Below are positions 9,018 to 17,789 of a DNA stretch of 48,158 nucleotides, in pieces. The DNA comes from Longimicrobiales bacterium. GTDB lineage: Bacteria; Gemmatimonadota; Gemmatimonadetes; Longimicrobiales; Gaopeijiaceae. Numbering within the stretch: position 1 is the first letter of the stretch; the number at the start of each line of letters is the position of its first letter. Below the pieces are notes generated by a model, which was not told the DNA's origin, searched no databases, and was given only the letters and a program-made list of their open reading frames with translations. Location: the NCBI GenBank assembly GCA_963422615.1, contig OY730414.1, positions 2,526,302 through 2,574,459 on the forward strand. The letters run 5' to 3'. The translations under genes were made by a program, and so were the position numbers.

Positions 9018-9608
9018 ATGAACGCACGACGAACCAGGGAACACCGGAGCCGCCGGATCTTTTCCTTCGGCTTCGGCAGCTCCGTCGCCATCCACGTTGT
9101 GGTCTTCGGCGTCTCCGCCTTCCGTGTAACCGTGCCCAGCGGCTCGGAGGGACCGATTCGGGCAAACCCCGTCCCCTCCCCGCTTCGGGCCCTGGAGGTG
9201 GTAGCCCTTTCCGACCCGACGAAACCCGCGGAAGTGTTCGATGCAGCCGTCATGGCCGCCCAAGGGCAACCCGCCTCCGCTCTCCGAGAAGGTTCCCCCG
9301 GCGCGGCAGCGCGGGCCTCGTCCGCCTCCCCCCCAACGGCCCCACCTCCTCGGATGGACGCCCAGGCCCGAATCGCCCTTTCGATGCGGCCCAACTTCGC
9401 GGTTCAGCGGCAGATTTCCTCCTGGGCATTTCAGCCGGTCCCTGCCCTCCCGACCCCGGACGCCAGGACCCACGGCCATTCAGCGGGCGAAGACGAGGAA
9501 GGGACCGGTTTCTGGGAGCGGCTGGGAATCTCGTTCGGCAAGGGCGGCGGCCATTGTCCCATGCGACCCCGGCCGGGAACCCTGGTTTCCGGACCCGAAA
9601 ACCGCTGA
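9018..9608 (+). CDS. Hypothetical membrane-anchored protein with TonB/TolA-like SxxxH anchor
   Basis: Basic N-terminus, hydrophobic FSFGFGSSVAIHVVVFGVSAF, Ala/Pro-rich linker; start could also be 9000. Confidence 0.6.
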   Translation: MNARRTREHRSRRIFSFGFGSSVAIHVVVFGVSAFRVTVPSGSEGPIRANPVPSPLRALEVVALSDPTKPAEVFDAAVMAAQGQPASALREGSPGAAARASSASPPTAPPPRMDAQARIALSMRPNFAVQRQISSWAFQPVPALPTPDARTHGHSAGEDEEGTGFWERLGISFGKGGGHCPMRPRPGTLVSGPENR

Positions 9609-9631
9609 TTCTGTGTCGAAACTCCAACTCC

Positions 9632-9673
9632 CTCTTGTCGCCAACAGGCGAGCTCTTGTCAGCGACAGGCGAG
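9632..9673. repeat. Two tandem 21-bp quasi-palindromic repeats
   Basis: CTCTTGTCGCCAACAGGCGAG followed directly by CTCTTGTCAGCGACAGGCGAG. Confidence 0.8.
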
Positions 9674-9712
9674 GACGCCAAACGCACTCAACCCCTCATG
9701 CGAAGCGAACCA

Positions 9713-10032
9713 TCAAGGTGCGAAGGGCATGAACATTTCCCGGGGCGGGGGCGACCTGGGGGGACGGCCGAGTGCTTTCCGATGCTCCGACGCACCCCCC
9801 TTGAGGTACAGTCCGCCGGGGCTTCCGTAGCGGCCCGCGATCATGAGGTGAACGACCAGGAAGAGCTCGTCTTCCAGGCCCAACACCACCCGCTTTCCTT
9901 GAGCGTCGGACTGGGGAGGGGCGAAGCTCTTGAGCAGGGACGGGACCGGATCCGAATTCCCTGAATTTTCTCCCGCCGGATCCGCTCCCGTAGGGCATGC
10001 AGATACAGGTTCACTTCGGGAAGTTCGGGCAT
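9713..10032 (-). pseudogene. Fpg/Nei DNA glycosylase remnant (frameshifted, 3'-truncated)
   Basis: Starts MPELPEVNLYLHALRERI (catalytic PELPE). After a 1-bp loss in a C run near 9945 it continues SPSLLKSF...GKRVVLGLEDELFLVVHLMIAGR; similarity then ends near 9830, with no H2TH or zinc finger. Confidence 0.85.
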
Positions 10033-10045
10033 GATGCGTATCGTC

Positions 10046-10075
10046 TTGACATACGGCCGTTATGAGGGCAAGACT
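10046..10075 (+). promoter_or_regulatory. Candidate promoter upstream of fabV
   Basis: Perfect TTGACA at 10046-10051 but only a weak -10 (AAGACT at 18-nt spacing); flanked by a GTCTTG/CAAGAC inverted repeat. Confidence 0.25.
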
Positions 10076-10155
10076 GTGCCGACATCCGCCACGGCGAACC
10101 CGAAGGCAAGTGCCCATGGGCGTCGCGGAGCGAACAGACGCGAGGGTAACCTACC

Positions 10156-11352
10156 ATGATCATTCGTCCCAGGGTCCGCGGTTTCGTTTGCGTCACGGCC
10201 CACCCCGCCGGGTGTGCCCGGAATGTAGACTCCCAGATCTCTTACGCCCTGGCCCATCCATTGGCGAACCCGCCCCGGTCGGTCTTGGTCCTCGGTTCCT
10301 CCACGAGCTACGGACTCGCCTCCAGAATCGTCCTTGCCTTCGGCGGCCGGGCCGCGACCTTCGGTGTCTTCTTCGAACGTCCTTCCACGGAACGGCGACC
10401 GGGAACGGCGGGTTGGTACAACGCCGCGGCCTTCGAGGAAGCGGCGGCAAGCGCGGGGCTTCCGTCCGCTTGCTACAACGGCGACGCCTTTTCTCACGAA
10501 GCGAAGGAGCGGGTCGTGGCCGCACTGAAGCGGAGCTTTCCCCCCGTTGACTGCGTCGTCAACTCCCTGGCTGCCGCCCGGCGAACCCACCCCGACTCGG
10601 GCCAGACCTTCGCTTCCGTGCTGAAGCCCGTCGGCAGCCCATACCGATCCAAGACCCTGAACACCGACCGAGGCGAGGTGATCGACGTGGAGCTTCCCCC
10701 GGCCAGCCCGGAGGAAGTGGCAGCCACCACCCAGGTCATGGGGGGCGATGATTGGCGCAGGTGGATCAACGCGCTGGAGGCGGGGGGAGTTCTTGCCCCC
10801 GGGTGCCGAACCCTTGCGTACAGCTACATCGGGCCCCAACTGACGTGGCCCATCTACAAGGAAGGCGCGATCGGGCGAGCCAAGGCAGACATTCACGCGA
10901 CTGCCCGGGAATTGGACCGGCGGCTTTCCCCGGAGGGGGGCGGCGCCCACATCGCGGTTCTGAAGGCGGTGGTGACCCAGGCCAGCGCGGCGATCCCCGT
11001 CGTACCGTTGTACCTGTCGATCCTCTACAAGGTCATGAAGGAAGCCGGAAACCACGAAGGCCCGATCGAACAGGTCCGGCGCCTCTTCGGCTCCAAGGTC
11101 TACGGTCCCGAGGGGCTCCAGACCGACGAAGAGGGCTTCATCCGGCTGGACGACCTGGAGATGGAGCCCGAGACGCAGGCCGCGGTGCTTCGCGTTTGGA
11201 AGAAGATCTCTACGGAGACCCTCCGTAGCGACTCCGATTTCGACGGGTATCGTTCGGATTTTCTGCGCCTCTTCGGTTTCGAAGTTCCGGGGGTGAACTA
11301 CGACGCCGAATCGGAGCCCATGGTACCGATTCCGAGCCGGATTCCAGGCTGA
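10156..11352 (+). CDS. fabV: Enoyl-ACP / trans-2-enoyl-CoA reductase FabV
   Basis: MIIRPRVRGFVCVTAHPAGC, YGLASRI, GTAGWYN, NGDAFS, VMGGDDW, YSYIGP...PIY...IGRAK, KAVVTQASAAIP. Confidence 0.96.
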   Translation: MIIRPRVRGFVCVTAHPAGCARNVDSQISYALAHPLANPPRSVLVLGSSTSYGLASRIVLAFGGRAATFGVFFERPSTERRPGTAGWYNAAAFEEAAASAGLPSACYNGDAFSHEAKERVVAALKRSFPPVDCVVNSLAAARRTHPDSGQTFASVLKPVGSPYRSKTLNTDRGEVIDVELPPASPEEVAATTQVMGGDDWRRWINALEAGGVLAPGCRTLAYSYIGPQLTWPIYKEGAIGRAKADIHATARELDRRLSPEGGGAHIAVLKAVVTQASAAIPVVPLYLSILYKVMKEAGNHEGPIEQVRRLFGSKVYGPEGLQTDEEGFIRLDDLEMEPETQAAVLRVWKKISTETLRSDSDFDGYRSDFLRLFGFEVPGVNYDAESEPMVPIPSRIPG

Positions 11353-12003
11353 ATGTCGCAGAAGACGAAGCCGACTCCCGCCCAGCTCCGGAACCTGGCG
11401 CTTCGCGATCCCGTGTTGGGAGCGGCCATGAAGCGGGTCGCCCCCTTCCCAGGCTTCCCGGCCGGCCCCTTGGCCCGGGGCTCCAATTTCCAGGCAATCG
11501 CCCGATCCATCGTCTTTCAGCAGCTTGCCACGAGTGCCGCAAACGCCATCTACGGCCGGGTGTGCAGCCTGACCCCAGGGCCCCGTTTCCCGACTGAGTC
11601 CGAATGCCTGGCCCTGACGGATGCCGATTTCCGAGGGGCGGGCCTGTCAGCAGCCAAGACCCGAGCGGTGAAGGACTTGGCCGGGAAGTGTCGAGCGGGG
11701 AAGGTGCGACTACGGAGCGTGTCCCGAATGACGGACGCAGAGGTCGTCGAAATGCTCTCCTCCGTTTGGGGGATCGGGGAGTGGACGGCTCAGATGTTCC
11801 TGCTTTTCCGTCTGGGCCGCCTGGACGTCATGCCGGCGGGGGACCTGGGCGTGCGCGAAGGCGTGCGCATCCTGGATGCCCTTGGGGAGCGCCCGACACC
11901 GAAGACCGTTCTGGAGCGAGCCCGGCCGTGGCAGCCCCTGCGGTCGGTGGCGACTTGGGTTCTCTACCGCCTGTGCGACGAACCCGAAGCGGCAGCAGGG
12001 TGA
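11353..12003 (+). CDS. DNA-3-methyladenine glycosylase II (AlkA/HhH-GPD family)
   Basis: IARSIVFQQLA, GLSAAK, GIGEWTAQMFLLFRLGRLDVMPAGDLGVR, WQPLRSVA. Confidence 0.93.
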   Translation: MSQKTKPTPAQLRNLALRDPVLGAAMKRVAPFPGFPAGPLARGSNFQAIARSIVFQQLATSAANAIYGRVCSLTPGPRFPTESECLALTDADFRGAGLSAAKTRAVKDLAGKCRAGKVRLRSVSRMTDAEVVEMLSSVWGIGEWTAQMFLLFRLGRLDVMPAGDLGVREGVRILDALGERPTPKTVLERARPWQPLRSVATWVLYRLCDEPEAAAG

Positions 12004-12560
12004 CGACGGCCTACCTGAACAGCCCGCTGGGTCCCCTGGTGGCGGGAGCGATTGACCAGGGCATCTGCCTGTTGGCATTCTCCGACGAGCGGGAGTCGGA
12101 TGCCCTGCTGAAGCGGGCGGTGCAGCCCCCAGGGAGCGAAAGCGTATCGGGGAAGCACCCCCACATTCAAGCCCTGGAAACTCAGATGGCCCAGTACTTT
12201 CTGGGTACGCGCAGGGACTTCGAAGTGCCGGTCGTTCTGGCCGGGACCCCCTTTCAGGAACGGGTGTGGCGTCGACTGATGGAGATCCCCTACGGCCAGA
12301 CGATCAGTTACAACGAGTTGTCCCGCCGGATCGGCTGTTCCGGCGGCCAGCGTGCCGTGGGCAGAGCGAACGGGGACAACCGGATCGCCATCGTGGTCCC
12401 CTGTCACCGGGTCATTCGAGCCAACGGCGACCTGGGGGGCTATAGCGGGGGCCTGCCCCGAAAGCGACGGCTTCTCGACGTGGAGCGGGAAGGGGCGGTT
12501 CAGGGAACTCTGTTCCAGGGCGACTCCAATAGGGCGACACCCGAATCCTACGTACGATGA
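12000..12560 (+). CDS. ogt: Methylated-DNA--protein-cysteine methyltransferase
   Basis: GTG 12000 overlaps the alkA-like stop; SPLGPL, GTPFQERVW, IPYGQTISY, RAVGRANG, active-site PCHRV. Confidence 0.95.
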   Translation: MTTAYLNSPLGPLVAGAIDQGICLLAFSDERESDALLKRAVQPPGSESVSGKHPHIQALETQMAQYFLGTRRDFEVPVVLAGTPFQERVWRRLMEIPYGQTISYNELSRRIGCSGGQRAVGRANGDNRIAIVVPCHRVIRANGDLGGYSGGLPRKRRLLDVEREGAVQGTLFQGDSNRATPESYVR

Positions 12561-12710
12561 TTGCGACCGTACGTAAGGATGGCCCCGTCAACGAGGAGCG
12601 CTCCCCCCGCCGGTTAAGGGAATGCCCTTCAGCATGCAAACGGATGAAGCGGGGCCCTGGCCACCGCGTCGGTGCTCCTCCCCGGGCAACCGTGTACTTT
12701 GGAGTCTGTC

Positions 12711-13970
12711 ATGAAGGTACCGCTGCTTGACCTAAAGGGGCAGTACGCCTCTATCAAGGAGGAGATCGACCTGGCGCTGGCCAAGGTCATCCGCTCTCAG
12801 CGCTTCATTCTGGGCTCGGTGGTTGAAGCCTGTGAAGAAGCCGTAGCCCGGTACTCCGGCTGCACTCACGGAATCGGGGTCTCTTCGGGCACCGACGCCC
12901 TCCTCGTCGCCTTGATGGCAGAGGAAATCGGACCGGGAGCCGAAGTCATCACGACGCCCTACTCGTTCTTCGCCACTGCGGGCGTGGTCGCACGCTTGGG
13001 AGCCACACCGGTCTTTGTGGACATCGACCCGGTCACCTTCAACATCGACCCGGGGCGGATCGAAGAAGCGATCTCGGAAAAGACCCGGGCCATCATACCC
13101 GTTCACCTCTTCGGCCAGATGGCGGAGATGGATCCCGTGATGAGGATCGCCGAAAGGCACGACCTCGTGGTGATCGAGGACGCGGCCCAGGCGATCGGCG
13201 CCCAGCACGAAGGCCGCCGGGCGGGCTCCATCGGGCACTACGGCTGCTTTTCGTTCTTTCCGACGAAGAATCTGGGTTGCTTCGGCGACGGTGGAATGGT
13301 GGTGACCCACGACGCGGAACGGGCCCGAAAAATCAGGACCCTCAGGGTCCATGGCGAAGGGCACAGGTACATTCACGAAACCGTCGGCGGCAACTTCCGG
13401 CTGGACGCCCTGCAGGCCGCGGTTCTTCTCGCCAAACTTCCGCACCTGGACGGATGGATTCGGGCCCGACGGGAGAACGCGCGCCTGTATTCCCGCCTCC
13501 TTGGGGATGCTGGGCTAGCCGACGATCCCCTCGTGCGCCTGCCGCTTTCCGTTACCGGGAGACACGTCTTCAACCAGTATGTCGTCCGGGTTCCCCAGCG
13601 AGATTTCGTACAAGCGCACCTCCGGGCCGCCGGCGTGGGCACCGCGATCTACTATCCCCTGCCTCTGCCCCTGCAAGCCTGTTTTTCCGATTTCGGGTAT
13701 CCACGGAAGGCTTTTCCGAACAGTGAAGACGCGGCGCGTCATGCCCTTGCCCTGCCCATCTACCCCGAGCTGGCCCAGGCCGATATCCGCTACGTCGCCC
13801 GGACGCTCAGGGCCGCCATCACCCAAGCCCGGGGGGAGGCTGGTACACCTTGCCAGAACGCCCGGGAGGCGGACGACACTCATGCAGTCCCGACTCCCCC
13901 GGAAGCCGAGCCCGACCAGGTTGACTTCCCGACCCGGAGCGGCAACTTGGTGAGGGATACGGTACAGTAG
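12711..13970 (+). CDS. DegT/DnrJ/EryC1/StrS PLP-dependent sugar aminotransferase
   Basis: VPLLDL, SSGTDAL, IIPVHLFGQ, IEDAAQA, SFFPTKNLG (PLP lysine), NFRLDALQAA, LALPIYPEL. Confidence 0.96.
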   Translation: MKVPLLDLKGQYASIKEEIDLALAKVIRSQRFILGSVVEACEEAVARYSGCTHGIGVSSGTDALLVALMAEEIGPGAEVITTPYSFFATAGVVARLGATPVFVDIDPVTFNIDPGRIEEAISEKTRAIIPVHLFGQMAEMDPVMRIAERHDLVVIEDAAQAIGAQHEGRRAGSIGHYGCFSFFPTKNLGCFGDGGMVVTHDAERARKIRTLRVHGEGHRYIHETVGGNFRLDALQAAVLLAKLPHLDGWIRARRENARLYSRLLGDAGLADDPLVRLPLSVTGRHVFNQYVVRVPQRDFVQAHLRAAGVGTAIYYPLPLPLQACFSDFGYPRKAFPNSEDAARHALALPIYPELAQADIRYVARTLRAAITQARGEAGTPCQNAREADDTHAVPTPPEAEPDQVDFPTRSGNLVRDTVQ

Positions 13971-14064
13971 GCCAGCGTGGGACGTCCCGGGTCCGGGGCA
14001 ACGCTTTCTGCTCCGGGCACCCGCCGGGAAGGCGGGGGCGGGGACGGAAACGCACGGCTGGCCT
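13969..14064 (+). other. Highly structured intergenic element (nested stems, three-way junction) before the GroES-like gene
   Basis: AGGCCAGC/GCTGGCCT, CGTCCC/GGGACG, CCGGGGCA/TGCTCCGG and CCCGCC-GGGAA-GGCGGG pairings. Confidence 0.45.
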
Positions 14065-14093
14065 GACATCGGAGGCCGAAGAACGGAGGCGAA

Positions 14094-14501
14094 GTGGGAG
14101 GACAGAGCGGCAAACAGCTCATCGTCGTGGGGGATCGGGTTCTCATCGAGCCGGAAGAGGGAGAAGAGCGCACGAAGGTCGGCCTCTACCTTCCGGCGTC
14201 CGCGGTAGACAAGCAGTCCGTTCAGGGCGGCCGGATTCTGGCGACGGGGCCTGGAACACCGATCGGTGCACCGACCGAACTGGACGAGGAACCCTGGAAG
14301 ATCGGGTCGGGAGAAGCACGCTATCTGCCCGTCCAGGCCCAGCGGGGGGATTTCGCCATTTTTTTCCGTAAAGCAGCCGTGGAGATCAGTTTTGAAGGCA
14401 AACGGTACCTCGTGGTTCCGCAGGCGGCCATCCTGACCCTGGTCAGGGAAGCGGACCCGCCGAGCCCACCCTTTGAAGAGGGGCCGCCCTTCCAACTCTA
14501 A
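14094..14501 (+). CDS. Stand-alone GroES/Cpn10-family protein
   Basis: VVGDRVLIEP..EERTKVGLYLP, ILATGPG, YLVVPQAAIL; GGAGG RBS before GTG; no groEL adjacent. Confidence 0.88.
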   Translation: MGGQSGKQLIVVGDRVLIEPEEGEERTKVGLYLPASAVDKQSVQGGRILATGPGTPIGAPTELDEEPWKIGSGEARYLPVQAQRGDFAIFFRKAAVEISFEGKRYLVVPQAAILTLVREADPPSPPFEEGPPFQL

Positions 14502-14617
14502 ACGGCAAGGTTGGGTCTTCCGGCGTGGGGCGCGACCTCGCGGAGGATCTTTTGTCGGGCGCGGATTCGCGACCTGACCTTGGCGCACTGCCTCTGGCAG
14601 CGACGGAGCGGCTGATC

Positions 14618-15568
14618 ATGTTCTCTCCCTTTGACCCGTTTCTCTTCCCAAGGCGATTCGTCCTGTTGGACGGGGGCCTCGCGACGGAGCTGGAACGGGT
14701 TGGCCACGACCTGAACGATCCCCTCTGGTCGGCCCGGATCTTGATGGACGACCCTTCTTCCGTAGAGGACGTGCACCGCTCCTTTCTGGAGGCCGGGGCC
14801 GACTGCATTACCACCGGCACCTACCAGGCAACCGTCCAGGGCCTGGCCAACCGAGGGTTGTCTCCGGCTGGGACCGAGAGGATCTTCCGCCTTTCCGTTG
14901 AGCTCGCGGTTCGGGCGAGGGACGATTTCTGGGCGTCGAAAGGGAACCGGCGGGACCGAATCCGGCCCATCGTCGCCGCCAGCGTGGGACCCTACGGAGC
15001 GTTCCTGGCCGACGGCTCCGAGTACCGAGGGGACTACGACATTGGCCCGGAGGCCCTGGCCGACTTCCATCGGGAGCGCTGGCGCCTGCTCGCGAGTACT
15101 TCGGCCGACATCATGGCGTGCGAGACCATTCCTTCTCTGACCGAAGCCAAGATCTTGGCTGGGCTGGCCCGGAAAACCGGCAAGCCCGCATGGGTGGGGT
15201 TCAGTTGCCGGGACGCCGGCCACCTGTGCGACGGCACCCCCATCCGAGAAGCCGGAAAATGGGCGGATAAAGCACCCGGTATCCTTGCCGTCGGCGTCAA
15301 CTGCGTACCGCCCGCCTGGATACCCGGCCTCATCACCGCCCTCTCGGCCCGAACGAACAAGCCCGTCGTCGCTTACCCCAACGCCGGAGGGACCTACGAT
15401 CCGGCGGCAAAATCCTGGACAGAAGCGAATCCGGCACACGATTGGGGAGAAGCCTGCCGGAGCTGGGTGGCAGCGGGAGCAGCAGCCGTCGGAGGATGCT
15501 GCCGCGTGGGTCCCCGTGACATCCGGCGTATGAGGAAGGCGTTGGAGGAACCGGTGGAGGTCGCATGA
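14618..15568 (+). CDS. mmuM: Homocysteine S-methyltransferase
   Basis: LLDGGLATELE, PLWSA, AASVGPYGAFLADGSEYRGDY, ACETIP, GVNC, YPNAG, GGCCR (Zn ligands). Confidence 0.94.
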   Translation: MFSPFDPFLFPRRFVLLDGGLATELERVGHDLNDPLWSARILMDDPSSVEDVHRSFLEAGADCITTGTYQATVQGLANRGLSPAGTERIFRLSVELAVRARDDFWASKGNRRDRIRPIVAASVGPYGAFLADGSEYRGDYDIGPEALADFHRERWRLLASTSADIMACETIPSLTEAKILAGLARKTGKPAWVGFSCRDAGHLCDGTPIREAGKWADKAPGILAVGVNCVPPAWIPGLITALSARTNKPVVAYPNAGGTYDPAAKSWTEANPAHDWGEACRSWVAAGAAAVGGCCRVGPRDIRRMRKALEEPVEVA

Positions 15569-15693
15569 GTCTGGCGATGAGGTTCGGATCACCCTCGGGG
15601 CTCAAGGCCATCGGCCTCCCCCGGGATAAGGCCGTCCGGCTGCGAAAGCTTCCCGCCCCGGTACGAAGACCTTACCTTCATGGCCACGAAAAA

Positions 15694-15767
15694 CGGGACG
15701 TGGCGCAGTCCGGTAGCGCACCTGAATGGGGTTCAGGGGGTCGCCGGTTCGAATCCGGCCGTCCCGA
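15694..15767 (+). tRNA. tRNA-Pro (anticodon GGG), CCA not encoded
   Basis: Acceptor CGGGACG/CGTCCCG, D arm GCGC/GCGC, anticodon arm CCTGA-ATGGGGT-TCAGG, T arm GCCGG-TTCGAAT-CCGGC. Confidence 0.97.
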
Positions 15768-15829
15768 CTTGGCGGTAAGGGCTTTCCAGCTTTCCAGTTC
15801 TTGATTGGATCCTTCTTCGCCCTTCATTG

Positions 15830-16712
15830 GGCGTCCCCCGGGCCGTCCGTAGAGCTGGACCCACAAGCCACCGCCGTCGGGCACCAAGATGCGGGAGGTC
15901 GTCGGAAACGTCTCCGGTAGCGTCTCCCGGTGGTCAGCCCACCAGCTCTCGAAGCGGGGGTCGTGCGTTCGGGCCCGAGAACCGGGCCCGGTTGCTGGCC
16001 CGGTACGCGCCCATGTGTTCTTCCGTGACTGCAGGGTCCGGCCCCATCCACCAAATCCGGTGCGTCGTGGTGCCGGCCCAGTCAATGAATTCGACCGCAT
16101 CGTCGTCGCCCGTTCCCATCCACACCCCGTCGTCGGTAGCGGCAAAGTCGACGTAGCGCCCCCAGGCGCGGGGTCCATTCGCAACCGGCACCCCGTCCTC
16201 GAAGTACTGCACCCGGTCCTCCCCGGGGATCCCGTCCCGAAAAACGGTTGCCGGTTCATCTCCGTCAATGAACGACAGCGAATTCTCCCACCGGTAAGGT
16301 CCGGGAAGCTCGCGTTGCGTGTTCCCCCAGTCTGAAAAGACCACCCGCCCGGTGGGGGAGCACCTGATCCTGCGCGGAGGCCTCTTTCCGGGCAGAACAG
16401 GATAATTCCGGATCACCTCACCGCTCTGCCCATCAAGTACGGTCATCCGTCGGTTCTGGTTGTCGTAGACGAAGACCGATGAAGTGTTCGTGCAACCGCC
16501 AAGCAACTGGAGACCCTGAAACTCCCCGGGGCCTCCTCCAGCGCGGCCTTGAGTCCAGATGTGTTCTCCGTCCGGCCCGAACTTCTGGACTCGGTGCCCT
16601 CCCCGAACACCGACCACAACGCTGCCGTCCGCAAAGCGTACAGACCCTCGACTCGGTCGCACCCGGCCAGGATCAACCAAAAGAAGAGAACAGCCGTCCT
16701 TCGGTGGGTCAT
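15830..16712 (-). pseudogene. Six-bladed beta-propeller lipoprotein, two frameshifts and 3' truncation
   Basis: Lipoprotein signal MTHRR...LILAGC in one frame; VRFADGSVVV...GRAGGGPGEFQG in a second; LPETFPTTSRILVPDGGGLWVQ in a third. Shifts fall in a G run (~16645) and a C run (15956-15960). Left boundary approximate. Confidence 0.75.
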
Positions 16713-16972
16713 CAGAATGCTCCCCGAAGTCATAATCCCCCCAACGTGGAGAAAGCCCCCGTGTGGGGGGCTGCCGTCCTTGTAGAAAGCCGGGGAGAAA
16801 CCCTAGGGCATGACCTTATTGCTCGCATGGCCAAACCGTGTCGGCTGAATCGGGCCACCCCAACGCCGCACCACGATAATTCGGACGCCGCGCCGTTTCA
16901 CGGAAATACTTGGGGGACTGCTCTGCGCCGACCCGGTCCCGCCAGCCCGGATGTTGGCACGAAGCGCCTCGC

Positions 16973-17524
16973 TCAGCTCGAACTACTCGTTACACAGAGA
17001 ACCGCGTTGTGGCTGCGTCCGCCCAGCCAGTCCAGGAGTGCCTGGGGGACGCAGTTCCAAGGGTCAAGGCTCAGCCGCTCCAAGCTGTCGAGGTTGCCCA
17101 GCTCCAGCGGAATCGGACCCGTAAGGTTGTTGTCGAAGAAGTCCAGGAATTTCAGGCCGGCCAGCTTACCCAGCTCCGGCGGAATCGGACCCGAAAAGTT
17201 GTTAAAGCGAAGGTTCAGCCGCTCCAGGCGGGTCAAGTCGCCCAGCTCCGGCGGAATCGGACCCGCGATGTAGTTGTAGGGAAGGTCCAGCCTCACAACG
17301 CGGCCCCCGCTCACGTGCACCCCGTGCCACTCCCCGATGGGGCGGTCCGACAGCCATCCGTCGCTGTTGGCCCAAGTGGCTCCATCCGTGGCCTCGTACA
17401 GCGCCACCAGGACGGTCCGGTCCGGGTTCAACGGCTCCGGCGGGAGAGTGGAATCGCAGGCGGCGGTGACGGAATGCAACAGCAGGCAGCAAACGGCTCC
17501 AGTTTTTGCCTTCATGACTTGCAA
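16973..17524 (-). CDS. Small lipoprotein with plant-type leucine-rich repeats
   Basis: Lipobox TAAC; N-cap DRTVLVALYEATDG..W...DGWLSDRPIGEWHGV; three 24-aa LxLxxNxxxGPIPxELGxL repeats. Confidence 0.9.
   Translation of the reverse strand: MQVMKAKTGAVCCLLLHSVTAACDSTLPPEPLNPDRTVLVALYEATDGATWANSDGWLSDRPIGEWHGVHVSGGRVVRLDLPYNYIAGPIPPELGDLTRLERLNLRFNNFSGPIPPELGKLAGLKFLDFFDNNLTGPIPLELGNLDSLERLSLDPWNCVPQALLDWLGGRSHNAVLCVTSSSS
17097..17265. repeat. 72-bp-period coding repeat of the LRR gene
   Basis: CCCAGCTCC(A/G)GCGGAATCGGACCCG at 17097, 17169 and 17241. Confidence 0.9.
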
Positions 17525-17789
17525 TATACCTCATCGCGCCCACGGCTGGGCGCCCCGACGACCCCGTTTTCCGCCAACCCGTCGGCCATGCGCGCCTCCT
17601 CCCGATGCAACCCGGTCGGGTTTCTTTACGGATGGAAAGTCCTCCACGCTAGAAAGTTCGGCGGCGTGTCCGATGGCCGTGCCGGCCGTAGTCGTAAAGT
17701 AATACTGCAATAGCATAGGTAGGACACGTCCACGTTTCTCCTAAGTAGCGGCGGGGCAGGTCGCGACAGCACGGGATCCGATGCGTATG

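Noticed and set aside
11604..11999. Apparent 132-aa N-terminal extension of Ogt suggesting an Ada fusion
   Set aside because: It overlaps the alkA-like gene out of frame and lacks Ada zinc or AraC motifs; GTG 12000 fits translational coupling.
12545..12580. Inverted repeat ATCCTACGTACG...CGTACGTAAGGAT at the ogt stop
   Set aside because: Plausible hairpin, but with an 11-nt loop and no U-tract there is too little to call a terminator.
17097..17265. Regularly spaced repeats resembling a CRISPR array
   Set aside because: The 72-bp period is in frame within the LRR gene, the intervening sequences are homologous, and no cas genes are present.
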